Of a DNA stretch of 64,000 bases, positions 28,190-39,980 are shown in pieces. Numbering within the stretch: position 1 is the first letter of the stretch; every line of letters begins with the position of its first letter. A program made the translations under genes and the position numbers. The stretch comes from Tubiluchus corallicola (lineage: Eukaryota; Animalia; Priapulida). The notes under the pieces are model-generated. The model ran no database searches and was not told where the DNA came from. It worked only from the letters and a program-made list of their open reading frames with translations. The stretch spans positions 620,001-684,000 of the forward strand of contig JAQGDQ010000040.1 in assembly GCA_030141605.1 (NCBI GenBank), read 5' to 3'.

Positions 28190-28760
28190 AAAGTCACAGG
28201 TAGCAGCGTCTTGGCGTATGCGAGCTGCCAACTCCTGGCTTCCGTTGCATGTCACTCCAGAACTTGAAACGTTCTCGCACAATGAAGAGTTTCGGGTCAA
28301 ACTGTTCCTTCATAAAGTCGACGATTTTGTCTATTGACAGTTCGTTCATATCCTTGGATAGAGACTGCTGAGCAGCCAGATTCGCCAGTTGTTTGTAGAT
28401 GGCAGCAGTCTGATTTGTTAGGAAAACTTAAGCCTTGCATTGGTCAGGCTCTGCGTTTGCAGCCACTAAGGTACAAATCTTGACCACAGTTCAGTAATCA
28501 GGCCACAGTTCAGAAGTTGGATCAAAAGCATCTTTTGGTGGAATAGCAACTGTAAGTGCCGATGCAGGTGGAAGACGGGTGCTTGAACTGACATCATCTT
28601 CAGGAGTTCGAGCCCGAAGCAGCCTACTCATAGCGTCCTTACATTTTTTGTGTTGCTGCGCCTGCCGATCCATCTGTTTCCTCTGGATATGAATCTGCTG
28701 CGCCTGCTGATCCATCTATTGGCAGAGGAGCTTGATAAGTTCGCCAATTTGCTCTGCCAT
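28190..28760 (-). mobile_element. Degenerate Gypsy-type LTR retrotransposon gag
   Basis: MAEQIGELIKLLCQ*MDQQ...FDPTSELWPDY*...FLTNQTAAIYKQLANLA...IVDFMKEQFDPKLFIVRERFKFWSDMQRKPG, a gag-like motif set with in-frame stops. Confidence 0.75.
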
Positions 28761-29039
28761 TGCTAGGATACTGTCCACTGAGCCACCAAAATCATACATT
28801 TTGGTTGCTGATATCCCAAAAAACTAAACAAAATGTGAAAAAATATAAAATTCAGCTGAGAGTTGTACGCCCTCTGCCATAGTACTAGAACCCCTAACTG
28901 TTTGAAGGTAAATAATAATCCTTATTTTAAAGTTGGCATTTGGATTAACAATTAATATAAGTGCAAAGAGTTTTTGCCACCTGTAAATAGCAATTTTGCA
29001 ACTGCATAACAGAGATTATTATTACCCCACCTTTGCACT

Positions 29040-29447
29040 AATGCGACGGCACGAGTCAAGCAGGGTAACAGAAGCAGGCACGATTTTTAGTCTTTGGTCT
29101 GACTCGGTCGCGAAATCGAGACCTCCCAGACGGAAACCAGAAACGTTACTATTCCGCCTGGTCAAAGACAAAAGTTTAAATTACAAAAATAACACCAACT
29201 AATAAAAAGTCGTTTTCGTTCTTTTGAACCGAATCACTCGAGGGCAAGCTGAGTGTGGTCAAGTCACTCAAGTGATCATTGAGGTGAAGTCTTGCTCCTT
29301 GCGTTTTGCGCACAAGCTTGCGCTTTTTCCGGTTTGCGACGTGGATTTTGGGACATTGAGCTTTCATAATATTGACGTTCTCATGTAAACAATAACGATT
29401 GTGTTTTTCTCTTTTTAAATCAGTTTTAATAAATGGGTTTTTGAACG
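29040..29447 (+). promoter_or_regulatory. Putative promoter and non-coding first exon of LYSET
   Basis: CpG-rich patch ending in a donor-like ACG|GTAAG at 29448. The LYSET coding exon has an acceptor immediately upstream, so an upstream exon is expected. Confidence 0.4.
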
Positions 29448-29509
29448 GTAAGAACGACGAAACGATAACTACTAATGAAACTGTATGACACGTCAAAATT
29501 TTCATTTTT

Positions 29510-30111
29510 GTAGACCTGTAGGCTATAATAATCAAAGAAGGTAGGTGAAAGTGAGAAATTTCAATTTTCATTAAAAAAAGCAGTACAGCCTGAAATTATT
29601 GCGATCCCACTGAGTTCAGTAATTTAGAGGCACTATTTGCGCAGAGAAATTCGTTTCCTGAGATAGAGAGAGAAGATATATAATAATAGGCTTTATTATA
29701 TTAATATTATTATGATAGCCTAGGCTATATTCAGTTTAATTCTGTTTTATTTGCACAAATACATACAATGTACATTGGCAAAGCAATATACGTTAAATAC
29801 TACATAAACCGAGAAAAAATCATAAGAGGCTATGTGTAAAGTTAGGTATGTGTGTATAGGCCTAGCTTGTTATAAAGTTGCCTTGCACATAAGTTGTGGT
29901 GACCTATGCTGCTGTGATACCAGTGAGTCATTATTATATTTGAGTGATAATAGGGATTAGCATGGGCATTATGTAGTACTTTGTGAGTACTATGTTTTTA
30001 TATGAACTGTCATTCTAAAACCCACATAAGATGTGGAGTAATTAAAGCTATAAACATCGGCAGCTTCTTTGGAAATTTATTTAAACTGAGCCTTTATTAA
30101 ATGCAAATTAC
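29510..30111. repeat. Duplicated segment A, copy 1
   Basis: 602 bp matching 30728-31329 (offset 1218), about 3 substitutions seen. Confidence 0.95.
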
Positions 30112-30118
30112 CCTAAAT

Positions 30119-30731
30119 GTTGGTCACCCTATGCTGCACGCCCTCTAGAAGCTTAATGTATTTTCTATAGGATTCTATGCTTGTACACAATACTCTTTGG
30201 GTCTTACTAAGCTTTTATACAATTTCATAAATTGTCGTAACGTCTCTAGATACAAACTGCCTCTTTATGATTCCCAATGTTTGATTTGCACTTTTTGCCA
30301 CCTCAGCACGCTGCTTGCAGATTTCAAGTCATTAGTTACTGTCACACCCAAATCATTTTCTTGTCTAACAGATGCCAACTCTACTCCATTCATGTAACAC
30401 ATCTTACGAGGGTTATTATATCGAAAGTGCATGACCTTGCATTTATGAACATTAAAAATCATCTGCCAATCTGTGCTCCACCAGCATAACTGGACTAAAT
30501 CATTTTGCAACTCGCTAGCTTCATGCTCGGATGGTACCCGCCTATAAATTTTTGTATTATCGGCAAATTTGATCAGGTTACTCTGCAGAGATGCCTCAAT
30601 ATCATGGATGAAAATTACAAAGAGGATTTTGTTGTAGGTTGATAGCTAAACCATTAGTAAATGATACTAAAAGTCACAAATGCCTACAAATAAAGAAAAT
30701 ACAAAGACTAAACATTTATTAAAAGAGGTAG
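30119..30731. repeat. Duplicated segment B, copy 1 (contains a CR1-like LINE fragment)
   Basis: Matches 36031-36642 with about 5 substitutions and a 1-nt indel. The same 81-aa ORF appears at 30265-30510 and 36176-36421. Confidence 0.95.
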
Positions 30732-31329
30732 ACCTGTAGGCTATAATAATCAAAGAAGGTAGGTGAAAGTGAGAAATTTCAATTTTCATTAAAAAAAGCA
30801 GTACAGCCTGAAATTATTGCGATCCCACTGAGTTCAGTAATTTAGAGGCACTATTTGCGCAGAGAAATTCGTTTCCTGAGATAGAGAGAGAAGTTATATA
30901 ATAATAGGCTTTATTATATTAATATTATTATGATAGCCTAGGCTATATTCAGTTTAATTCTGTTTTATTTGCACAAATACATACAATGTACATTGGCAAA
31001 GCAATATACGTTAAATACTACATAAACCGAGAAAAAATCATAAGAGGCTATGTGTAAAGTTAGGTATGTGTGTATAGGCCTAGCTTGTTATAAAGTTGCC
31101 TTGTACATAAGTTGTGGTGACCTATGCTGCTGTGATACCAGTGAGTCATTATTATATTTGAGTGATAATAGGGATTAGCATGGGCATTATGTAGTACTTT
31201 GTGAGTACTATGTTTTTATATGAACTGTCATTCTAAAACCCACATAAGATGTGGAGTAATTAAAGCTATAAACATCGGCAGCTTCTTTGGAAATTTATTT
31301 AAACTGAGCCTTTATCAAATGCAAATTAC
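30728..31329. repeat. Duplicated segment A', copy 2
   Basis: Matches 29510-30111 and shares GTAG microhomology with the end of B. Confidence 0.95.
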
Positions 31330-34300
31330 GCTTTATGATGCGTTTATAGACTTCATTGTATTTCAGAATGCCTTTTCGTTCCCGTCTCGTCAGTGTTTTT
31401 GTAATATTGAATAGTCTATTGAAAATGTGTAGCAATTGGGTACAACAAAAACTTTTCAAAACTGATTCTGCCTCTACCAGTGATTCGATTTTGTGTATAA
31501 CATTGTTTTCACCGTGTATTGACAAACTATAGGTGACTCCTTGTGAAGTAAGAAAAATTCTACCAAAAATTCCACTTGGGTCATAATATTACTTTCACAG
31601 TTAATAAGCCAACACAAGTACTAATAAGTGGTCTCAAAGAAGGTACAATTTATCTGTCATTTATATTGCTTAGCCAGGCTGCCTGAGTATTTGCAAGTAT
31701 GTGGCAGTGATAATACAGAAACGTGATCTAGCTGAAGATACAGAAAAATAAGTTATTTAAGACTAAATTTAGTTTGCTGCATTTCATGTGATATGCAACA
31801 GAGCATTTCAACACCAATTTTCAGCTAGGTTTATTACTGGAATCTACCATTGTAATGTTGTTATAATTTACATTTTCATGCTCAAACAGTCCGCCCACAA
31901 CTGGTCAACGTGAACTAATATTTAGATAAAGCTAATCAGTAAAATTATGTATGATTACGTCTTACGTATTTTTGCTATAGACTACAGGCCAATGCAGGAC
32001 TACACATATACTAGGCTAATTTATGCACTTTTTTATTTAAGAAAGTGTTTTTGTGGAATAAGACATAAATCACCCATTTAGCAAAGCAAATTTAAACAGA
32101 CAACGGTGGAACTCCACCCGGAGACTGACATGGTTCATGGAAATTTTTGAGTTGTGCAAAAACTGCAAATTAGAATCAGGTTTTCACATGTTTGTCCATA
32201 TTTACAGTAATTTGCAAGGACAATGAAGTTACTTTTATCCACTTATTTCAATATCACTGATAATAAATGTGCTACATATTTATAATAACTAACGTATATA
32301 ATACAATGACATTAATAATTAAAGAGAAAAAACAAGGCTCTTGGGAAGTTGAGCTTATCTAATTATCTGAGAAAAATATTAGAAAATTTCATTAGTAAAT
32401 TGTGATACAAAATGCCTCGTGTAACTAGTGAAATCAGTTTAAGTTCTCCTCAAAAGATCATTTCACAGTTGGGCCCGTTCATTTCAAACAAGAAATGACA
32501 TCAACCAGTATGCAGTATACTCATTTATCCCGGCAGGTACTTGAGCTAACTTTTGTACCTGCAATTACTATTGAATTCAGTAACATTACTATTACTATTG
32601 TAATCGAAATCAGTTACAAACTATCTAAAACTTTAAGTGAGCGATTATTAATACTATTTTCTTTGCTTTTTGATGAATCACATTTCCCTCTATGTAATGG
32701 AAACCAATTACCAACGATAATTCCTTCTCGGCTAGTTAATCCTAACAAAGTAACAGAATGATTATTTTAAGAAAGTATGCCTAAACTCTATAAGCTAAGT
32801 AACCCGCTAAGTAAGTACTTACAGTATGCTGGCAGCCACGCAGAATTCCATGTTTATCTGTAATTAGATTATCTATACATGTAGTACTTAGGTATTTCGA
32901 AGTATAATTCTGTGGATTAAAGTTATGTAAGAACTTTTAAGTTGTTGCTAATTGATCCAATGACTAATTCTTACCTGAACACAGTTAAACACCCATATAT
33001 TTAGTCAGCTAGAATAGTGAAAACTGAGTAACCTGCACAAGTTTTGTTACTCATACCTTCTGGCTGTCCATCATCTTACGTAATTTTTTTCAAATATGTC
33101 CGTAGCAAGGTTTGTTTTAGCAAGAGATAAGGATGATTTAATTTTTTTTTGCAATTTTAACAAGGCATTTTATGCAGTATGTTGTGTGGCAATTTCAATA
33201 TTTTAAAGTGTACATTAAAATACAATGAATATTGTTCTTTCCTTTAACAATTTTTTTATGGTACTATGTTGTTAACTTTAAATATTTTATTGGCTTGGGT
33301 GTATTGCAGTATAGTGTGGTACGTACTATGTACCATGGCTTTTTTTCAAAAAAAAACAATATACCATAAACCATGGTATAAAATTTGTTGTGGTACTCAG
33401 CCCCAAAATTGATGTGATGTAACTGAAAAATGGAAAGACAAAATTATATGCATCTCGATAAAAATTAAGTCTATTGTTTAAGACTCCAAGTGACTGGGGC
33501 AACTCAGTACATTTTTCAGCATCTTCCTCCTTCAATTAATTAACAGTTAAGTTCATTACTGAGAACATATTATAAACCAATGAGTATGTTGTTTAATTTT
33601 TATTTGTTTGTTAGAGTGGTGCAATGAGATGATTGTAGTCAAATCCACTTGCCAAAGGTAGCATTGATTTCCCGAAATTTTGTTAATGCTAATAAACCTT
33701 GTCATGAGCAACTACCTCTTTATTCATATATAAACGGTTGCTAATCTATAAGTCTGGTTCATCACGATTCAGTATCTAAAAATAAATAATTGAGTTAAGG
33801 CCAGCCACTTTGATTACATTGGAATTAAATTTTGTTACAATTTTACGCTGTTGAGAGATTGCACTTATTTACCTTTTATACTTGCGACCAATCCTCAGCA
33901 AACCTCAGCAGATTTACTTGCCTTTGCAGATATGGCAGTGATCATGATCTGTCATGTTACAGGGTACCCTTAGGAATAACGTGATATGCATGGTGTCCTC
34001 ACAGTTTGTAATTAGTCCAGTCTGACTGAACTAATTACTATACTGTAGTATTATGTTACTTTTGTAGGTGTGTCATAGCAGAATAGTGATGCTAGTAATA
34101 AAAGGAATAATTCTAAACTTCCTCTAACAACTTGAATAAAAGTATTGGTCTCAAAAATGCAGAAGTTTTTGTTACTATCTTTTAGACTTTTTGCTAGCGT
34201 TATTTTTTATTAATACGGATGTGTAAAATTGTGTAAAACAGACTCAATTCAGTGCAGTCAAAATTGGTTTAAAAGTATCAAAATTTGGCATTGATGACAT

Positions 34301-34464
34301 CCTATGATGGAATTTAATACATATGATTAAGCCTATGGAAACTAAGTTTGGTATTATGAATTACAGAAATTAGTTTGAATAGTGTTTTCCACAACTTCGT
34401 GTTGTTTGTTTTAAGCTAGAGAATTTTTATTCTATTTACAGATACAGCTGCAAATTCATTCCTG

Positions 34465-34914
34465 ATGTCACTCTCGGATTTAAATAGCACAGGAACGATG
34501 CACTTCAGACAGCGAGTAGCATGGCTATTTCTATTTTTATATCTGGGTCTGACATGCCTTCTAGTGTACTATATTTTTGAAATAAGTGACTCATACAATC
34601 AGCTTGCACGCGATCATGTATCTAAATTCCACAGAACGGATGATTCGTATGGGCCCATTTCTTCTATGTGGCGGCATTTTGCAGACGTTCCATTCCCTTT
34701 CTGGTTTTTAATATTTTTAGTGGTGTACCTACAAGTGTTTTGTGTGATATTTGCGTACACGAAACCAGACCCTAAGCACGTGTTTGTGTGGATGATTCCA
34801 GAACTTATTTATCATCGTTACTCGAGATACAAGCAGCAGCAAAAGCAAGGAGAGCAAGAGGTCATGTTGACTAAAGGTAGAGACAATGGCCACATTGTAC
34901 AATTAGGAACTTGA
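34465..34914 (+). CDS. LYSET: Lysosomal enzyme trafficking factor (LYSET/TMEM251), two TM helices
   Basis: MHFRQRVAW...YYIFEISDSYNQLARDH...PFPFWFLIFLVVYLQVF...TKPDPK matches the TMEM251 pattern M-x-FRQR...YYxFEISxxYNxLA...YLQ...DPK. Single coding exon after acceptor TTTACAG (ends 34441). Second in-frame ATG at 34498. Confidence 0.92.
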   Translation: MSLSDLNSTGTMHFRQRVAWLFLFLYLGLTCLLVYYIFEISDSYNQLARDHVSKFHRTDDSYGPISSMWRHFADVPFPFWFLIFLVVYLQVFCVIFAYTKPDPKHVFVWMIPELIYHRYSRYKQQQKQGEQEVMLTKGRDNGHIVQLGT

Positions 34915-35617
34915 TCCAGTTGAAAAAGAGCCAATTTTGTCGACAGGACAATTTTTACATGAGCTTTGTCTGTTGTACATTTAGGGACTTACTCCATTGA
35001 AAAAAAGTTTGTTATCATCGACATGGTGACTTTTACAACACGATTTTTATAAATTTATGCAATTTTATTCCTCTGTATTAAGTCATTAATTAATTAGTAC
35101 TTAATGCTTTATAATCATGTAACATCTTGCCTTCTTGATCATAATTATGCATTGTGCTATATCTGCATGTGATTGTGCTGATGCACATTTAACTTGGTCC
35201 AGGTGGGAGTATATTTGAATGCTTTTTGTTTTTTCCTGACCATGACTATTAATTTCACTTTGATATTTCCTTTTCAAAATAGTGTTTTCAGTTTGTGTGA
35301 GGCCAAAAGCCACTACTAAATTTTTTGCTGAATTTAAATAAGGAGTTGGACAGTAAGCTAGCTAAACGCTTGTAATAATTTTGGTTGTTTTTTACTAATA
35401 TTCACTGTTTTAATAACGTTATATAATTATTAAAATTTTTTTCTTGATTTGCAAGAATATTTTCTATAAATGCTAAGCTTTGAAACTGAATCTGTAACTG
35501 AATAGAAATAATATGGTGATTGTGATTTAGTCTGCTGTTTTGTCTTCGTGCACAGTAAATTTCAGTGTTCCACTAACTTAGAAACTGTCACATTGTATTT
35601 TGCCATACAGCATTAAA

Positions 35618-36540
35618 TTATCTTATACCATACCACCAATTAAAATACAAGAGTAGTAGAGGTAAATCGAGCAAGCTCATTGTAACCCCATATTTCATAT
35701 CTAAATATCTGCCCAGCTTATTCTTGAACTTGTTCACTGAAGAAGCTTTAGCTATTTCAGATTGGAGTACAGTACACTCTCTAACCACTATTTCCATGAA
35801 AAAGTATTTTCTACAATCCAATTTAGCTCTATGTTTACAAATTTTAAGAGTGCCCTCTGGTTCTGCCATCATTCGCCAGTATACACATTTTTCTCTTTCA
35901 ATGCCACCTAACCCGTGCACAATTTCATGCGTTTGTATCAAATTTCCTCTATATCTGCTCTACTCCTTTAAGGTTGTGAGTATTTTCTAAGCCTCTCTTG
36001 ATATGACATTTCCTCCATACCTTCAATCACGTTGGTCACCCTATGCTGCACGCCCTCTAGAAGCTTAATGTATTTTCTATAGGATTCCATGCTTGTACAC
36101 AATACTCTTTGGGTCTTACTAAGCTTTTATACAATTTCATAATTGTCGTAATGTCTCTAGATACAAACTGCCTCTTTATGATTCCCAATGTTTGATTTGC
36201 ACTTTTTGCCACCTTAGAACGCTGCTTGCAGATTTCAAGTCATTAGTTACTGTCACACCCAAATCATTTTCTTGTCTAACAGATGCCAACTCTACTCCAT
36301 TCATGTAACACATCTTACGAGGGTTATTATATCGAAAGTGCATGACCTTGCATTTATGAACATTAAAAATCATCTGCCAATCTGTGCTCCACCAGCATAA
36401 CTGGACTAAATCATTTTGCAACTCGCTAGCTTCATGCTCGGATGGTACCCGCCTATAAATTTTTGTATTATCGGCAAATTTGATCAGGTTACTCTGCAGA
36501 GATGCCTCAATATCATTGATGAAAATTACAAAGAGGATTT
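35618..36540 (-). mobile_element. CR1-like LINE fragment between the convergent LYSET and Lin28 3' ends
   Basis: RT motifs KFADNTKI and QNDLVQLCWWSTDWQMIFNVHKCKVMH...ENDLGV; C-terminal RKYFF...SVNKFKNKL. Frameshifted. Confidence 0.85.
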
Positions 36541-36642
36541 TGTTGTAGGTTGATAGCTAAACCATTAGTAAATGATACTAAAAGTCACAAATGCCTACAA
36601 ATAAAGAAAATACAAAGACTAAACATTTATTAAAAGAGGTAG
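36031..36642. repeat. Duplicated segment B', copy 2
   Basis: Matches 30119-30731. Confidence 0.95.
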
Positions 36643-39600
36643 TACCGTTGAATATTCTATTCTAAATAATAATCTGTGCACCATAATACAATACTTTTTA
36701 ATAAACAAAAAAATTTTCAGTGATATTATTTTACTTTAATACAGTAATGCAATTACTATGCGCATTAATTAGGCAGCATTTTGTCTAACCCAATATCTTT
36801 CATGCAAAATTTGTTTAATTTGCTCACAGATGGCACCAGTGTGTTATAGGCAAACTTGTCGAAGATTTAGATTTGTGAAGCTAATTAAAATTTACAGGCT
36901 CACACTAATTTTACAAATTCTAATACAAACAGGTTTTACAACTAATGTGTGTTCAATGATTTACGTTATACATGTAACACTATAATTAATAAACAATTAG
37001 ATTATGAAGAGTGTCACATAATTCTGTAATCGATAGATATTCTATCTTACAAACAAAAGGTGAAGCTTTATACTATTTCGGCGGTATGCATAAAAAATTT
37101 ACAAAAAATGCATACGTAAGTACAGATGCACTCAAACTTATGTAAACATACACTTCCTTTGTAGAAGAAACTTCTAATTTAAAAAAATGTGTAATATTAA
37201 TTAAAATTTAATACAAATTAAAAATTTACTCTTGCTTATGATTTCTTACAACAAAATCTACGAAATACAAACTCTGAAATGGCACACGTATACTGAGTAT
37301 ACACCCTTGCTTTTACAAATTAATTACCAGTGCACAAAAGATAACTACACAAACACATTAAAGCAATGAAATACAGTAACTGTATATGCTGCAAATATGA
37401 TACTCCTTGTATTTCTAAATGCTGCAGTACCACCACAGCACTTACTGACAAATGTGCATGAAAGTAACTACGCATTTTATGCGCTATGTAATACAACACA
37501 CAATTTCTAATAAAATAATGAAATTAATCAGTGACAGTAAAAATTGCATACATTCAGTAATAAACGTGATGCCAACTGCTACATTTATTTCATTTTTACT
37601 AGTCTAACTTATAAATTACTTTGCAATAAAAGTTAATTAGAAATTGGCTTTAAGAAGCAGTATGTAATATTATGTTATGCTAAGATGTTACTGAATCTAA
37701 CAAAACAGAACTATATGAGAAATTGATTATTATACGAAAAATATTTTTTGTTACTTGAAGTCATGAGTGAAACAATGTGCTTATTTCACTCTACAAGCTC
37801 AACTGAGGTGATATTATCTACCTAAACATTCAACATGATAGTTATACTGAAGAACCTACTAATGTCAATGCAAATTACACAGCTACTAGAATTTACATAC
37901 CCTGAGATAAAAATCAAATCAGTCTGTCAATTCAAAATGTATATTTAACAATCATTACGTACATTTTCCCCAAACAATTTTAAGATGAGTTCATGTTAAA
38001 TACAACACACATTTGTTAAGGTTTACCATTTTTGCAGAAATGGCATAAAATGAAGTTCACTGAAAATTTTCTAAAAATTTAATGCATTATTCAATTGCAA
38101 ATACTATTTTGAAATTTTGTCAAATTTCAGCAGATTTTACTGACAAGTGAATGCCATTCTCAAAAATTCAGAGGATGCAGAATGTTTAATACAACATTTT
38201 GCATAGGCTCAATTAAACTTGAACCTACCATAGGACTAAATATTTGCTTGTGACTCATACTCATAAATCTACATTCTCCTATTGCATGCAAAGTCAGGTA
38301 CATTTAATATCAAATAAGGCTATCTTGTTGACAAAGCCAAAAAATAAAATAAAAGTCAGTAAACTTGTAAATCAGTAAATGTGTGATTGTTTATACTTTT
38401 CCTTTCCTTTCACTTATTTTTTTTCTTTAAATTCAAATATTACTTTACCATGAAAATGTAGAGCAACCATTCACACTAAAATAAGTTAATATGCATTTAT
38501 TTATAAGTTACTACAAGTTAACTTTGTTTTCATTAAATAACTGCAAATCATCATGTCTTCAGCAATTCAATTCATTCAATGCAATTTTTAGTTAAATATA
38601 TACTTTGAACAGACATTTAAAAATACAAAGCAGCAAGATATACAAAGCACATCCAGAAAGTTGCAAATTTGCATTTACATTTTGATAACAAGCCTGGATA
38701 AAGTTCATGTATTTGCAATAATGTGATACAGAACACATTTATATGCAAAAGGCACGGTCTGCTAGATAACATTTAATTAGGCACCTTTCAGTTTTTGACA
38801 ATAGGAAAAGATACTATAATACATTACTCGTATTTGTATCCCTGAGTTATGTATTTAAAAAAAACAAAACTTACAAATGTAAAATTTTTAGACGTAATGC
38901 CAATTTAATTATACAAAATAATTCAATGTTCTCACTAAAGTATTTTTTGCATTCCTTGCTGCTTTGTCTAACCATTTTTAACTTTATACCCGTAATACTC
39001 CATTGGATATGCAGGTTTAACTATATTTATAACTATTATAACAACCAAGTAACTATACAGTGTTTCACATAAAAGTACACAATTATGTACATTTAAGTAC
39101 TAACAGAGAGTCACATAAGAGGCTCTTAGTATGTTTTTTCTATTCGTTAAGCAGATAAACGTATGAAAATATTACAAATTTTATCATGACTGCAACAAAA
39201 TATCATGTTAAAGATAAACAGATTTTCAAGAGGTATTTGTAAAATGAGGTAGAAAAGCAAATTTATAATACACTATCAAAGTTCCTGTGAATATTGGATA
39301 AATAATCGTATAAATCAATTAAGTTATAATCAGTCTGTCAATTTGATTAATGCCTGAAGTAAATTTACAGCAATAACAATTTTTCGAAATTTTCAACTAG
39401 CATTTTTTACATTGACAGATTTGGATGTAGAAAAGGAATTATATCATCAGTATTGCACAAATAACTGTTACTCTATGAATTTTAGAACAGGTCTTTGTTA
39501 AGTGTTTCTGTACTATTATTACATTCTTTTATTTCGTACCAAATAATTAACTGTAGTTTTTAAAATGGTATAAGACGGGAGGAATTTGACTACTGTACAA

Positions 39601-39980
39601 TTAGTGATGCATTTGGAACTGAGGTAATAGCCAATTACACCAAGAATTTAATAACGTTACTACACCATAAATTATGTCGCAACAATTCAATGACATTAAA
39701 TTATTATCAAATCAGGTAGTAATGGTAACATTGCAAAAATGTCTGCAGCTATCTATGGCAAAATACTTCTTTAAAATCTGCCGATTTACTAGCAAATAGC
39801 ACGTCCACAATTTCAATACACAGTAAACTCGAATCGACTGTACATAAAAAGAATTTAGAAACAATTCTGAATATCAGTACCTACATAAATACTAGATACG
39901 TACTACAAAACTTCCAATAAAAGTACCTGAGAGAGGAACCTGCGAGCATGACAACTTGAGCAAAGAGCAGAAACCTGCAT
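36610..39980 (-). promoter_or_regulatory. Putative Lin28 3'UTR with miRNA seed sites and distal poly(A) signal
   Basis: AU-rich and free of long ORFs. Minus-strand AATAAA at 36626-36631 is followed by a GU/U-rich tract. 8mer sites: miR-125 38839-38846, miR-100 38987-38994, let-7 39245-39252, miR-92 39451-39458. Nearer AATAAA hexamers also exist. Confidence 0.6.
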
